Numbered from the whole stretch's first letter, positions 10,393-22,930 are shown. The stretch: DNA of 62,602 nt, filler included, from 13 parts of 13 records of this genome joined end to end with filler, not necessarily neighbours in it; one strand, 5' to 3'. Numbers and translations are program-made. Notes: a model not told the origin generated them from the sequence alone.

Positions 10393-11697
10393 TTAAGCCG
10401 GAACGAACAGGCCAAGCCAGTAAAGAACATTCAGCAGAATACCGGTGATCATTACTGCCACGACCGGTGCCGCCATTTTCTGTACCGGACGGCCCAGGGA
10501 TTCGTTGAGGAAGTAAATGGCAACCGCGATAGAGAATCCGGTATAACCCGCCATCTTAATTGCTGCGAAAATCGAACCGACCAGCAGCGCCACTTCCATC
10601 AGCATATTCATGGCGTTACGGATGTTATCCGACGCATTACGCACCGACGGGTAGCGTCCCAGCCATTTGCCGATCGAACGAAGCAGCAAGACTTCCGCCG
10701 AAATAACCACTGCGCCTAATACCGCTGCAACCATCGGATTCGGCGAGAGATAGCCCACCGCATAAACAAAGGTAAAGCCCGCAACTGCATACACACCCGT
10801 TGCTAACGCGGTGGTGGCAATCAACGGCACAAACCCCAGTCCGCGCATAAATTCTGCCAGAGCCGCCTGATTAATCAGCGTTTGCGATTGTTCCGGCGTT
10901 ACGCCTGCGGAATATGCTTTCTCCAGTGTGAAGATCGACACTTCACTGCCAGCAAAAATCTTCATGCTGGCAACGGCGGCAATCAATGCTCCCACGATGG
11001 CGATATAGGGTAAGTTTTTGATAATCCGTGACGTGCGTTCTTCAAACACCGAAAGCCCGCTGGCATCAATGTCATTTTCATCACGATGACGCAGGTCGTG
11101 AGTTATCGCGATCCCCAGCAGCATCACCATGCCAATAAAGATTTCGATGGATTCAGGGTTAAGATGTGGGAAATAGCGCACGACTACCACACGGGTCATC
11201 AGTACCACCACGGCGGCGATCAGACTTTGCTTCCAGCCAAACTGGTAGAAAATCGCCACCAGCGGGAACAGTGCAAAAGCTGAAACCACCGGCGAGCTTA
11301 ATTCCCCCAGGCTACCTAATACATCCACCGGCAGCGCGGTCAGCAGCTGGTTTACTGGCAACAGGCAAGTAAGGATCAACACGCCCCAGATAGCGCCAAG
11401 ACCAAACGCCATCAGGCTGTTTATCGCCAGGACGCCGAGGATATCGGTAGGAAGAAAGAGTAACCATGCGTTGAGCAGCCCGGTTTTCAGGGTAAAAGAG
11501 ATCCCCACCGAGGCCACAAAACCAATGCTCAGACCAAAAGCGATACTCCCCGCCTCGCGACGGTTCATATAGCCTTCAATCAGTTGCGGCAGGATCGGGC
11601 GGATGCCGTCATGAAAAACAGCCGCCGAGCGATGCGCCAGAAGCGATGTCATACCCGTCAGGCACGCCACCACGATAATCTGAATATACAGATCCAT
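10393..11697 (-). CDS. yhfT: inner membrane protein YhfT (putative transporter)
   Basis: 434 aa, multiple hydrophobic segments, AVFHDGIRP motif. Confidence 0.9.
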   Translation of the reverse strand: MDLYIQIIVVACLTGMTSLLAHRSAAVFHDGIRPILPQLIEGYMNRREAGSIAFGLSIGFVASVGISFTLKTGLLNAWLLFLPTDILGVLAINSLMAFGLGAIWGVLILTCLLPVNQLLTALPVDVLGSLGELSSPVVSAFALFPLVAIFYQFGWKQSLIAAVVVLMTRVVVVRYFPHLNPESIEIFIGMVMLLGIAITHDLRHRDENDIDASGLSVFEERTSRIIKNLPYIAIVGALIAAVASMKIFAGSEVSIFTLEKAYSAGVTPEQSQTLINQAALAEFMRGLGFVPLIATTALATGVYAVAGFTFVYAVGYLSPNPMVAAVLGAVVISAEVLLLRSIGKWLGRYPSVRNASDNIRNAMNMLMEVALLVGSIFAAIKMAGYTGFSIAVAIYFLNESLGRPVQKMAAPVVAVMITGILLNVLYWLGLFVPA

Positions 11698-11708
11698 AGT
11701 CGTGCCTT

Positions 11709-12062
11709 TTATTTCAGATGGTTAATCAGCATCGGAATCGCGTGTTCGACGTGCTCAACGGAAAGGCCAAACGCCACTTTTCCTTCAGCGATCATTTTGG
11801 CGATATGCTCGTCTTTCGCTTTAATGCCTGGTTTGGCAATGGTGCAACTTTTGTTATAGCCTATCACCGCGATGGCAATCGACAATGCCGCGCCCGCACC
11901 GGTATTACACGCGCCGATGTAATAATCCAGTTGCCCGGATTTCACCTTCATTGCCGCTTCCATGTCGTTGTGAATGAAAACTTCAAAACAGCCAGGAGCC
12001 GTCGCTTCAATAGTTTTTTTAATCTGCTCACGCTGTAAGCCTGCAACGCCAATCTTTTTCAT
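11709..12062 (-). CDS. yhfU: DUF2620 family protein YhfU
   Basis: MKKIGVAG start (ATG 12062, AAGGA RBS); GACNTGAGAALS motif. Confidence 0.88.
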   Translation of the reverse strand: MKKIGVAGLQREQIKKTIEATAPGCFEVFIHNDMEAAMKVKSGQLDYYIGACNTGAGAALSIAIAVIGYNKSCTIAKPGIKAKDEHIAKMIAEGKVAFGLSVEHVEHAIPMLINHLK

Positions 12063-12072
12063 GAGTCTGTCC

Positions 12073-12951
12073 TTATTGGAAAAATTGAGAGGGATTTTCA
12101 CGTAACATCACATCCACATCGGCCTGACTGAATCCTGACTGGCGCAATTGCGGAATAAAGGTGGTTAGTAAATAGTCATAGCCATAACCACCGTTGGCTT
12201 TTAAATGGGAGCGGCGCGTAATATCCATCGACAGCATGACGCGGTTCAGCAACCCACGGTCGCGTAGCGCATGAAGCATCGCAATACGCTTTTCGTCCGG
12301 GTAGTAACTGTTCTTGCCGATGGTGTCGAACTGCACGTACGCGCCGAGATCGATCATCTTCAAAATGTTGTCGAGGTTGTCTTTCAGATCGCAGTGACCA
12401 ACGGTGACGCGCGAAAGATCAACCCCGTGGGCTTGTAGCAACGCCAGTTGCTCCAGCCCCATCGTGCTGAACGACGTATGCGTGGAGATCGGGCGTCCGG
12501 TCTGGTTATGCGCCAGCGCAGCGGCAATAAATACCTTCTCTTCCAGCGGCGTAATCTTTCCTTCGCTGGTGCCGATCTCCGCGATGATCCCGGCTTTCAG
12601 CTCCGTGCCATCGATACCCTGTTCAATTTCATCGACCATCTCCTGCGCCAGTTCCTGCACGCTGCGGGTCGCCACATGTTCCGGGAAAAACGCGTCCTGG
12701 TAATAACCGGTACAGGCCACCACGTTGATCCCCGTCTCGCGCATTACATCAAGCATAAATTGCGCATTGCGCCCCATGTAACGGTTGGTCATCTCAATCA
12801 CATTACGCACGCCCCGGGTCATCAGGTCGTTCATCTCCTGGCAAATGAACGCATACTGATCAAGGCGGCAGTCCACGTTGTTTTTAAAGCCGGAGAGATC
12901 AATATGCAGATGCTCATGGGCGAGGGTGTAACCCGTCGGATCAAAACTCAT
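12073..12951 (-). CDS. php: phosphotriesterase homology protein
   Basis: HEHLH, ISTHT, GHCD and SMD amidohydrolase metal ligands; 292 aa. Confidence 0.95.
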
Positions 12952-14174
12952 AGGGTGTCTCCTGCAAACCGGAGGGAGGAAAGAAAAGAGCGACCATTTT
13001 GTGGCGGTGGCGCGCGGAAAAATTCACACACGGTAGCCCCCACATCAGAAAGCGTGGTGCGCACACCGAGCTGCGTAGCGATCATCCCTTGCTGATAAAC
13101 CAGCACTGGCACCACTTCGCGGGTATGGTGGCTGTGACCAATGGTCGGATCGTTGCCGTGATCCGCCATCACGACCAGGCAATCATCTGGCTGCATCGCC
13201 TCAACAAGCCGGGCAAGGTTACGGTCAACGACCTGCAAACGTTCGGCATAACGTGCGACGTCTTCTGCATGACCAGCGAGGTCGGTTTCCTGAATGTTGG
13301 TGCAAATAAACGCCGTCGGATGGGTGTTAAATTCGTTGAGGGTGATATCCATAATCCGCTGGCTATCCACCAGATTTTGCCAGCTCACGCCATAAGGATT
13401 GTTGACGATATCTGCCACCTTACCCACCAGCACGGTTGGCACGCCTGCTTCATACAGTTTTTGTGGCACCTGCACTTTTTCATCGACGCCATAGCCCATA
13501 TGCACGACCTGGAAACCGTTGTCATAAGCGCCAGAACGCGGCGCATTGATACCAATAAAGCGCCCTTCTTTGCTTTCTGCGGCATCGAGAATGCGTTGAC
13601 TGTCGGTTAACAGGCCACCAAATGTAATGACCCGACCGACCTGTACCTGCTCACGCACGATACGACCAATTTTGATTGCGTCGTCAAAAGAGATCACAGA
13701 GAGATTGGCGGTAATGTTATAGACCTGGCCTAAATCCGCCTCGAGATTATCGCCAATCGCAACCGCCTGATTGACCCACAGAAATTGCAGATCATCGCCA
13801 CGGCGCTCCACCTGCCAGCCAGCGGAAACTAATGCCTGCTCAACACGGTCAATCACATCGCGAAAAGGCATCCGCAGCGGCGGTAACGGGCGCGTGCCTA
13901 AAATTTCCTGATGCCCCATAAAGGTATCGCCACCTTCATGTTGCAGCTCTGCCACGCCCCAGGTTGCGGAATCTGACGGCTGCATATCGCCTGGCGCATA
14001 ACCCAATGCGTTGATTAGCCCCAGCGTCTCCAGCGTTGGTAGCTGCAAATGCGGCAACTGGCTCAGGATGTGACCACATGTATTCGCTCCCGCATCTTGC
14101 GGACGCACCAGCGTGACATCTTTCATTGCCCCTACGCCAAAGCTATCAATCACTAACACCACAAATCGCGCCAT
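12948..14174 (-). CDS. yhfW: phosphopentomutase-like protein YhfW
   Basis: [21 protein letters not shown] and HTRE motifs of the DeoB/alkaline phosphatase superfamily. Confidence 0.92.
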
Positions 14175-15337
14175 TACGCCCCCAGAGAGTTTCCAAGACT
14201 GTCATAACGACCGACGATTTCCGGTTCGCCACGATGAATACCGGACACCAGCACCACATCGCTACGGGTGACAAAAATCTGCGTGCGAAAACAGAGCACC
14301 ACTGCACTGCTTACCGGAAACTCGCCTGCCAGCGGCAGGGTGTAGTCGATACTGCTGTCATCCACAGTTTTGAGATTGGTTTCAGTAATCTTTTGATTTT
14401 CTGGCGTAAACACCAACGCATGTTGCGCATGACCACGACGATAGTAACCGCCGCCGTAGCAGTAGCTGTCGCCACGGAAATGATGGGAGATTTCACTTAA
14501 CCAGAGCATCGCGATACGTTCAGGCTGATCGCCCTGCTGGTTTGCCGGAATAGTGCCCGTCAGCGCATGACCGGGTTCGGCATGAGTCACACCGTATTGC
14601 GCCAGTAATGGCAGCGAAGTGCAGCTGGTCGCTGAAGGCGCGTTCAGTTGCTCAAGTGCAATACCAGATTTCGCCAGTTGATCCCGTGCCTGTATCAGCG
14701 TGTGAAGATTCGGTGTCGGCAAAACTTTTCCGACAGCCTCATCCCAAAGCAGGCAAGGGAAATGGGTAAGTCCGGCTAAATGCAGCCCTGGCAGATTCTG
14801 GATTTCGGCGACAATCTCCGGCAACACCTTGAGGGCAAAACCGCTCTCCTGGCCCGGATAAAGAAAATCATCGTCGCTATAAACTTTAAGCAGCACAGAC
14901 TGGATTCGCCCGGCCTTCACCGCCGCCGCAGAAACTTCCCGCGCTTTGTCGAGAGTAAACACGGTGATGACGTCGGTGCCCTGTTCAACGGCGTCAGCAA
15001 CCTGATGACAAGGGATTTGTACCAGATGCCCCTGATGCGCCACAGGCAAACCAGCGCGGCGCATGACTCGCGCCTCTTTGTAATCCACCGCCACAATGCC
15101 GCTGTAGCCTAATGCCAGCAATTTTTCCGCCAGCCACGGATTACGACCAAACTGCTTGGTCATCAGATACAGTTCAATGCCGTAAAGCCGCGCCGTCTCA
15201 ATCAGCCGCTTACCGTTTTCCAGTATCTGATCCACGTCGATCACCCAGCTGTCCGGGGCGATCTTGCCCTGCTGCCACAGGCTTAGTGCGGCGGAAATCA
15301 GCGCCGGGTTCTGGCGTTTCAATGCTTCTACAAACAT
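14174..15337 (-). CDS. yhfX: alanine-racemase-like PLP-binding protein YhfX
   Basis: MTKQFGRNP and EPGHALTG motifs; cluster position. Confidence 0.9.
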
Positions 15338-15420
15338 CTTGTTGCCTCGTTTCTGTTCCTTGAATTAAATATTCATTTTTTTGAATATTTAGGTTGTGCG
15401 ACGTGGATTTGTCGGGAGCT

Positions 15421-15783
15421 TCAAACCTCTTCGTTAGCAGCCATCCATAATCCATAAAGGTTGGCCAGCAAATAGCCTTCTTCACACGGGTTAACTTCCA
15501 GTGCGAATTCCTTCAACAACACCTGATGCAATTGCACAACGGCTTGCCAGTGGCTGGATTGCGCCAGTTCTGCCAGCAACTCGTTATCCAGCGGCTCTAT
15601 TTCTTCACCACGGCGACTGCGCATCAGTGCACTCGCCATATGTGTCATCGCCATCGTTCCTTGCTCACTGCGCACCGGCAGATGGCACTCTGTTTCCAGT
15701 ACGTTGACGACCTGCATCATGCCTTTGCAGATGTCCTTATCAATAACGCCTGCCTCGCAAAGCAGGTTGAGTCTGGTTTCCAT
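15421..15783 (-). CDS. yhfY: PRD-domain protein YhfY
   Basis: METRLNLL start at 15783; THMASALMR PRD-like His motif. Confidence 0.85.
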   Translation of the reverse strand: METRLNLLCEAGVIDKDICKGMMQVVNVLETECHLPVRSEQGTMAMTHMASALMRSRRGEEIEPLDNELLAELAQSSHWQAVVQLHQVLLKEFALEVNPCEEGYLLANLYGLWMAANEEV

Positions 15784-15799
15784 ATCAGATGCCTTTCGT

Positions 15800-16705
15800 T
15801 TAATAACTCGGTTCCTGTTCCCCACTCACTACCCGTTGTTGATGGGCGAGCAGGGCGTGTTTATCTACAACGGCACGCAGCAGTTGTTGCATTGGGTAAT
15901 CATCGACTCGCGTCAGGACCACGGCTTCGGTGGCCTGTAAAAATCGCGGATCGTCTGTGAGCGGCGTCGCCTCTAATCCCAGCATGGTCAGTTCGTTTTC
16001 CGCCACCACGTTCCAGATCACCGCATCGACATCGCCTTTAACAATGCGTTGTAAACTCTCGTGATAAGAGAGATCGACTCGTTCCACATCACTACCGCCA
16101 AAAAAAACATCGGTCATGATTTTCTGATCCGCCGAACGGTTATCCAGCCCCACGCGCTTCACGTTTGCGGACTCGCCTTTACGGCAAATCAACTGGTGCT
16201 CGCCAACGTAGGTGTGCGGCCCCAACTCCAGCGCGAGGCATAAGCCTTTTTGCGTGAGATAACTTTCCGCCGCTAGTCGCGAAACCACCGCCATGTCATA
16301 CACGCCATTAAGCAGACACTCCACGCGAATATCCGCGCCACGCATGTGCGCATAGTAAAAAGGAATGCCATCAAACTGGGCTTTCAATCCGCTCGCCAGG
16401 CCTTCGTACAAACGGGTATAGGGCAAGGGCATTGCACATACCACGTTGTTGATATCCACATGAGTCAGCAATGCTTTGTTATCCATCTCGACCAGATAAC
16501 TGCCATTGCGCCCACGGCGTTCAATCCGTATCGCTCCGCTTGATTCCAGCGTTTTCAACGCGGCCTGCGTCAGGCCAACGGATGAACGGCATTCATTTGC
16601 CAGCTCATCTATGGTTTTCAATCGATTACCGCACTTTTCACCCAACAAATAACGGGCCAGCGTCGTGATGACGACGCCTTCTTTTTTGATAAACGTTCGA
16701 CGCAT
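15800..16705 (-). CDS. yhfZ: putative DNA-binding regulator YhfZ (GntR-like HTH)
   Basis: N-terminal HTH (TIDELANEC..SVGLTQAALKTL) and MPLPYTRLYEGLASGL. Confidence 0.9.
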   Translation of the reverse strand: MRRTFIKKEGVVITTLARYLLGEKCGNRLKTIDELANECRSSVGLTQAALKTLESSGAIRIERRGRNGSYLVEMDNKALLTHVDINNVVCAMPLPYTRLYEGLASGLKAQFDGIPFYYAHMRGADIRVECLLNGVYDMAVVSRLAAESYLTQKGLCLALELGPHTYVGEHQLICRKGESANVKRVGLDNRSADQKIMTDVFFGGSDVERVDLSYHESLQRIVKGDVDAVIWNVVAENELTMLGLEATPLTDDPRFLQATEAVVLTRVDDYPMQQLLRAVVDKHALLAHQQRVVSGEQEPSY

Positions 16706-16871
16706 AATAAATTTTCAGTAAATTGAATATTTATATCTTCAGGAATTTGAAGATAAGGCGCAACAGCGAGATGTGGAAACGGCGAGGCACTTCACATTTT
16801 TTCGGATTATTGCAAATGAGGATAAAAAAAACCGGGTTTCCCCGGTTTCAGAGTGATGATAAAAGCAAAAT

Positions 16872-16890
16872 TGCCTGATGCGCTACGCTT
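16872..16890. repeat. REP fragment at contig end
   Basis: TGCCTGATGCGCTACGCTT. Confidence 0.8.
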
Positions 16891-16990
16891 NNNNNNNNNN
16901 NNNNNNNNNNNNNNNNNNNNNNNNNNNNNNNNNNTTAATTAATTAANNNNNNNNNNNNNNNNNNNNNNNNNNNNNNNNNNNNNNNNNNNN

Positions 16991-17209
<219 letters not shown>

Positions 17210-17228
17210 TTAACGGCTCCTGTTTAAG

Positions 17229-18422
17229 TTAAGACTTGGACTGTTCAGGCTGAGCACCGCTTGCGGCTTGCTGGTTATTATCAGCGGTAACTTCTTGTGC
17301 TTTTACCTGGACACCAGGACGCACTTTCTGCAGCCCACTTATTACTACGCGATCGCCTGCTTTCAGACCTTCTGTCACCAGCCACTTATCGCCAATAGCC
17401 TGGCTTGCAACGATCGGACGGGTTTCCACTTTGTCATCCGCGCCAACTACCAGTACGGTGGCATCGCCACGCGGCGTACGGGTTACGCCCTGTTGCGGGA
17501 CTAAAATAGCGTTTGGATTAAGCCCTTCTTCCAGACGTGCGCGCACGAACATACCCGGCAGCAGAGTGTGATCCGGGTTCGGGAAGATAGCGCGTAGGGT
17601 GATAGACCCAGTGGTCTGATCAACGGTAACGTCAGAGAATTCCAGCGTACCGTCCTGCGGGAACTTAATGCCGTCACTGGTGATCAGTGACACTTTGGCT
17701 TTGCCGTTCTCTTGTTTCAGCGTGCCATTCGCCAGTTCCTGTTTCAGGCGCAGGAAGTCGTTGCTGGACTGGGTCACATCAACGTAGATCGGATCAAGTT
17801 GCTGCACGGTTGCCAGCGCAGTCGCCTGACCGTTCTGTACCAATGCGCCTTCCGTCACGTTCGACTTACCAATGCGACCGCTAATCGGAGAGGTGACTTT
17901 GGTGTAAGCCAGATTGATCCGCGCAGTTTCAACGGCAGCTTTCGCCGCAGTTACCGCAGCATTCGCCTGTTGCGCATCAGCCAGAGCCTGATCGTACTCT
18001 TGCTTACTGATGTACTGAGTACCGAGCAGTTTCTGATAACGATTCACCGTCAATTGCGCGATATTGGCTGCAGCCTGGGCTTTCGCCAGATCACCTTTCG
18101 CACTGTCGTATGTCGCCTGATAGGTCGCAGGATCAATCTGATAGAGAGAGACACCTGCTTCGATGTCGCTACCTTCTTTGAAATTACGCTTCAGGATAAT
18201 CCCGCTAACTTGAGGACGAACTTCTGCGATCCGGTAGGCACTGGTGCGACCCGGAAGCTCGGTTGTGATCTGCAGAGGTTCAGTTTTGACTGTTACTACG
18301 CCAACGGCGGGCATCTGCTGGCCACCTTGTTGGGCCTGTTTGTCGTCACATCCTGTTAGGGCTAAGCTGCCTGAGAGCATCAGAACGACCGCCAGAGGCG
18401 TAAACCCTCTGTTTTTGTTCAT
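17229..18422 (-). CDS. acrA: membrane fusion lipoprotein AcrA
   Basis: MNKNRGFTPLAVVLMLSGSLALTGC lipoprotein signal; ATG 18422 gives 397 aa. Confidence 0.97.
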   Translation of the reverse strand: MNKNRGFTPLAVVLMLSGSLALTGCDDKQAQQGGQQMPAVGVVTVKTEPLQITTELPGRTSAYRIAEVRPQVSGIILKRNFKEGSDIEAGVSLYQIDPATYQATYDSAKGDLAKAQAAANIAQLTVNRYQKLLGTQYISKQEYDQALADAQQANAAVTAAKAAVETARINLAYTKVTSPISGRIGKSNVTEGALVQNGQATALATVQQLDPIYVDVTQSSNDFLRLKQELANGTLKQENGKAKVSLITSDGIKFPQDGTLEFSDVTVDQTTGSITLRAIFPNPDHTLLPGMFVRARLEEGLNPNAILVPQQGVTRTPRGDATVLVVGADDKVETRPIVASQAIGDKWLVTEGLKAGDRVVISGLQKVRPGVQVKAQEVTADNNQQAASGAQPEQSKS

Positions 18423-18511
18423 ATGTAAACCTCGAGTGTCCGATTTCAAATTGGTCAATGGTCAAAAGTTAATAAACCCATTGCTGCGTTTATATTATCG
18501 TCGTGCTATGG

Positions 18512-18535
18512 TACATACATTCACAAATGTATGTA
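18512..18535. promoter_or_regulatory. AcrR operator
   Basis: 24-bp inverted repeat TACATACATT-CACA-AATGTATGTA between divergent acrA and acrR. Confidence 0.85.
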
Positions 18536-18563
18536 AATCTAACGCCTGTAAATTCACGAACAT

Positions 18564-19211
18564 ATGGCACGAAAAACCAAACAAGAAGCGCAAGAAACGC
18601 GCCAACACATCCTCGATGTGGCTCTACGTCTTTTCTCACAGCAGGGGGTATCATCCACCTCGCTGGGCGAGATTGCAAAAGCAGCTGGCGTTACGCGCGG
18701 TGCAATCTACTGGCATTTTAAAGACAAGTCGGATTTGTTCAGTGAGATCTGGGAACTGTCAGAATCCAATATTGGTGAACTAGAGCTTGAGTATCAGGCA
18801 AAATTCCCTGGCGATCCACTCTCAGTATTAAGAGAGATATTAATTCATGTTCTTGAATCCACGGTGACAGAAGAACGGCGTCGATTATTGATGGAGATTA
18901 TATTCCACAAATGCGAATTTGTCGGAGAAATGGCTGTTGTGCAACAGGCACAACGTAATCTCTGTCTGGAAAGTTATGACCGTATAGAACAAACGTTAAA
19001 ACATTGTATTGAAGCGAAAATGTTGCCTGCGGATTTAATGACGCGTCGCGCAGCAATTATTATGCGCGGCTATATTTCCGGCCTGATGGAAAACTGGCTC
19101 TTTGCCCCGCAATCTTTTGATCTTAAAAAAGAAGCCCGCGATTACGTTGCCATCTTACTGGAGATGTATCTCCTGTGCCCCACGCTTCGTAATCCTGCCA
19201 CTAACGAATAA
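18564..19211 (+). CDS. acrR: TetR family repressor AcrR
   Basis: [20 protein letters not shown] with TetR HTH; 215 aa. Confidence 0.97.
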
Positions 19212-19338
19212 CCCTGAATCTGACTCCAGGATTTTTCCTGGACATTTTCGTCGTTGCTATTCTGGTTCACTGCGTCGTGATATTCTTGCGGTTTGACTTT
19301 TTCAGGTCGTTCTTCAGGTTCAGAAACCTTCATTCATC

Positions 19339-22300
19339 ATGACTATGTTCCAGTATTACAAACGATCACGGCATTTTGTTTTTTCAGCATTTATTGCTTT
19401 TGTTTTTGTCTTGTTATGCCAGAACACGGCGTTTGCGCGGGCGTCATCGAATGGTGATCTGCCGACAAAAGCGGACCTGCAGGCGCAACTTGACTCACTA
19501 AATAAACAAAAAGATCTTTCTGCTCAGGACAAACTGGTGCAGCAGGATCTGACAGATACATTAGCCACCCTCGATAAAATCGATCGCATAAAAGAAGAGA
19601 CAGTTCAGCTACGGCAAAAAGTCGCTGAAGCGCCGGAAAAAATGCGCCAGGCGACCGCGGCGTTAACAGCACTTAGCGATGTCGATAACGACGAAGAAAC
19701 GCGCAAAATTCTGAGCACGCTGTCGTTGCGCCAGCTGGAAACTCGCGTTGCCCAGGCGCTGGACGATTTGCAAAACGCACAAAACGATCTGGCGTCTTAT
19801 AACAGCCAGCTGGTTTCGTTACAGACGCAGCCCGAACGCGTGCAAAATGCGATGTATAACGCTTCGCAGCAGCTGCAACAAATTCGCAGTCGTCTGGATG
19901 GGACTGATGTCGGCGAGACAGCCTTACGTCCCAGCCAGAAAGTGTTAATGCAGGCCCAGCAGGCGTTGCTGAATGCGGAGATTGACCAGCAGCGTAAAAG
20001 CCTGGAAGGGAACACCGTCTTGCAGGATACCTTGCAAAAGCAACGTGATTACGTGACGGCGAACAGCGCTCGTCTGGAGCACCAGTTACAACTGTTGCAA
20101 GAAGCGGTAAACAGCAAGCGCCTGACTTTAACCGAAAAAACGGCGCAGGAAGCCGTCTCCCCGGATGAAGCCGCGCGTATTCAGGCTAATCCGCTGGTGA
20201 AGCAGGAACTGGAAATTAACCAGCAGTTAAGTCAGCGTCTGATTACCGCGACTGAAAACGGTAATCAGTTGATGCAGCAAAACATTAAAGTCAAAAACTG
20301 GCTGGAGCGGGCGCTGCAATCGGAACGCAATATTAAAGAGCAGATTGCCGTCCTGAAGGGCAGCCTGCTGTTGTCTCGTATCCTTTACCAGCAACAACAA
20401 ACGCTGCCCTCGGCGGATGAACTGGAAAACATGACCAACCGCATCGCGGATTTGCGTCTCGAACAGTTTGAAGTTAACCAGCAGCGTGATGCACTCTTCC
20501 AGAGCGATGCGTTCGTCAACAAACTGGAAGAAGGTCACACCAACGAAGTCAACAGCGAAGTTCACGATGCGTTATTGCAAGTGGTTGATATGCGTCGCGA
20601 ATTGCTGGATCAACTCAACAAACAGTTGGGTAACCAGCTGATGATGGCCATTAACCTGCAAATCAACCAGCAGCAGTTAATGAGTGTGTCGAAAAACCTG
20701 AAATCCATCCTGACTCAGCAAATCTTTTGGGTGAACAGTAACCGTCCAATGGACTGGGACTGGATCAAAGCGTTCCCGCAAAGCCTGAAAGATGAATTTA
20801 AGTCGATGAAAATCACGGTGAACTGGCAAAAAGCCTGGCCCGCCGTTTTTATCGCTTTCCTCGCTGGTTTGCCGCTGCTGTTGATTGCCGGGCTGATCCA
20901 CTGGCGTCTGGGCTGGCTGAAAGCGTATCAACAAAAACTGGCTTCCGCTGTGGGTTCCCTGCGTAACGACAGCCAGCTCAACACACCAAAAGCGATCCTT
21001 ATCGACCTGATCCGTGCGCTGCCGGTGTGCCTGATTATTCTCGCGGTTGGCCTGATTCTGTTGACCATGCAGCTCAACATCAGCGAACTGCTATGGTCGT
21101 TCAGCAAAAAACTGGCGATATTCTGGCTGGTGTTTGGCCTGTGCTGGAAGGTACTGGAGAAAACGGCGTTGCCGTACGTCACTTCGGCATGCCGGAACAG
21201 CAGACCAGCCACTGGCGTCGGCAAATTGTCCGCATCAGTCTCGCATTGCTGCCTATCCATTTCTGGTCTGTGGTGGCAGAACTTTCCCCGCTGCATCTGA
21301 TGGATGATGTGCTGGGGCAAGCGATGATTTTCTTCAACCTGCTGCTGATTGCCTTCCTGGTATGGCCGATGTGCCGCGAAAGCTGGCGTGATAAAGAGTC
21401 GCACACCATGCGACTGGTCACCATTACCGTGCTGTCGATAATCCCGATTGCGCTGATGGTGCTGACTGCTACAGGCTACTTCTACACTACGCTGCGTCTG
21501 GCAGGACGCTGGATTGAAACCGTTTATCTGGTGATCATCTGGAACCTGCTGTACCAGACGGTACTGCGTGGCTTAAGCGTAGCGGCGCGGCGTATCGCCT
21601 GGCGTCGTGCGCTGGCGCGTCGGCAGAATCTGGTGAAAGAGGGCGCAGAAGGTGCTGAACCGCCGGAAGAACCCACCATTGCACTGGAGCAAGTTAACCA
21701 GCAGACGCTGCGTATTACCATGTTGCTGATGTTTGCGCTGTTCGGTGTCATGTTCTGGGCAATTTGGTCCGATTTGATCACCGTGTTCAGCTATCTCGAC
21801 AGCATCACGCTCTGGCATTACAACGGCACTGAAGCTGGCGCTGCGGTGGTGAAAAACGTCACCATGGGCAGTCTGTTGTTTGCGATTATCGCCTCAATGG
21901 TGGCCTGGGCGTTGATTCGCAACCTGCCTGGTTTACTGGAAGTGCTGGTGCTCTCGCGACTGAATATGCGCCAGGGCGCGTCGTATGCCATTACTACCAT
22001 CCTTAACTACATCATTATTGCTGTTGGTGCGATGACGGTGTTCGGATCGCTGGGCGTCTCTTGGGATAAACTCCAGTGGCTGGCCGCAGCATTATCCGTA
22101 GGTCTTGGTTTTGGTTTACAAGAAATTTTCGGTAACTTCGTCTCCGGTTTGATCATTCTATTCGAACGTCCGGTGCGTATTGGCGATACGGTAACCATTG
22201 GTAGCTTCTCGGGGACGGTAAGTAAGATCCGTATTCGTGCGACAACGATTACCGATTTCGATCGCAAAGAAGTGATCATCCCGAACAAAGCGTTTGTTAC

Positions 22301-22700
22301 CGAGCGTCTGATCAACTGGTCGTTGACTGACACTACTACGCGTCTGGTGATCCGTCTCGGCGTGGCCTATGGCTCCGATCTGGAAAAAGTGCGTAAAGTG
22401 TTACTGAAGGCGGCGACTGAGCACCCAAGGGTGATGCACGAACCAATGCCGGAAGTCTTCTTTACGGCATTTGGTGCCAGCACGTTGGATCATGAGCTGC
22501 GTCTGTATGTGCGTGAACTGCGTGACCGTAGTCGTACTGTCGATGAGCTGAACCGTACTATCGATCAGCTGTGCCGTGAAAACGACATCAACATTGCCTT
22601 TAACCAGCTTGAAGTGCATCTGCACAACGAGAAGGGCGATGAGGTGACGGAAGTAAAACGCGACTACAAAGGCGATGACCCGACGCCAGCGGTAGGGTAA
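19339..22700 (+). CDS. mscK: potassium-dependent mechanosensitive channel MscK (KefA), split by a 1-nt deletion near 21160
   Basis: ORFs 19339-21300 and 21027-22700 join at KVLEK/NGVAVRHF if one A is added to the A4 run at 21160-21163; MscS core GLGFGLQEIFGNFVSG. Confidence 0.93.
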
Positions 22701-22709
22701 AAACGAAAG

Positions 22710-22730
22710 GGGGCAACATTTAGTTGCCCC
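22710..22730 (+). terminator. hairpin downstream of mscK
   Basis: GGGGCAAC-ATTTA-GTTGCCCC. Confidence 0.6.
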
Positions 22731-22873
22731 GAGATTGCTAACAAAGTGCGCGTTGTTCATGCCGGATGCGGCGNNNNNNNNNNNNNNNNNNNNNNNNNNN
22801 NNNNNNNNNNNNNNNNNTTAATTAATTAANNNNNNNNNNNNNNNNNNNNNNNNNNNNNNNNNNNNNNNNNNNN

Positions 22874-22930
22874 GTGTGTGTGTGTGTGTGTACGTGTGCG
22901 TGTACGTGTGCGTGTGTGTGTGTGTGTGGC
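22874..22930. repeat. imperfect (TG)n microsatellite, intronic, at eukaryotic contig edge
   Basis: GTGTGTGT... run; similar runs at 47384-47414 and 50601-50625. Confidence 0.9.
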
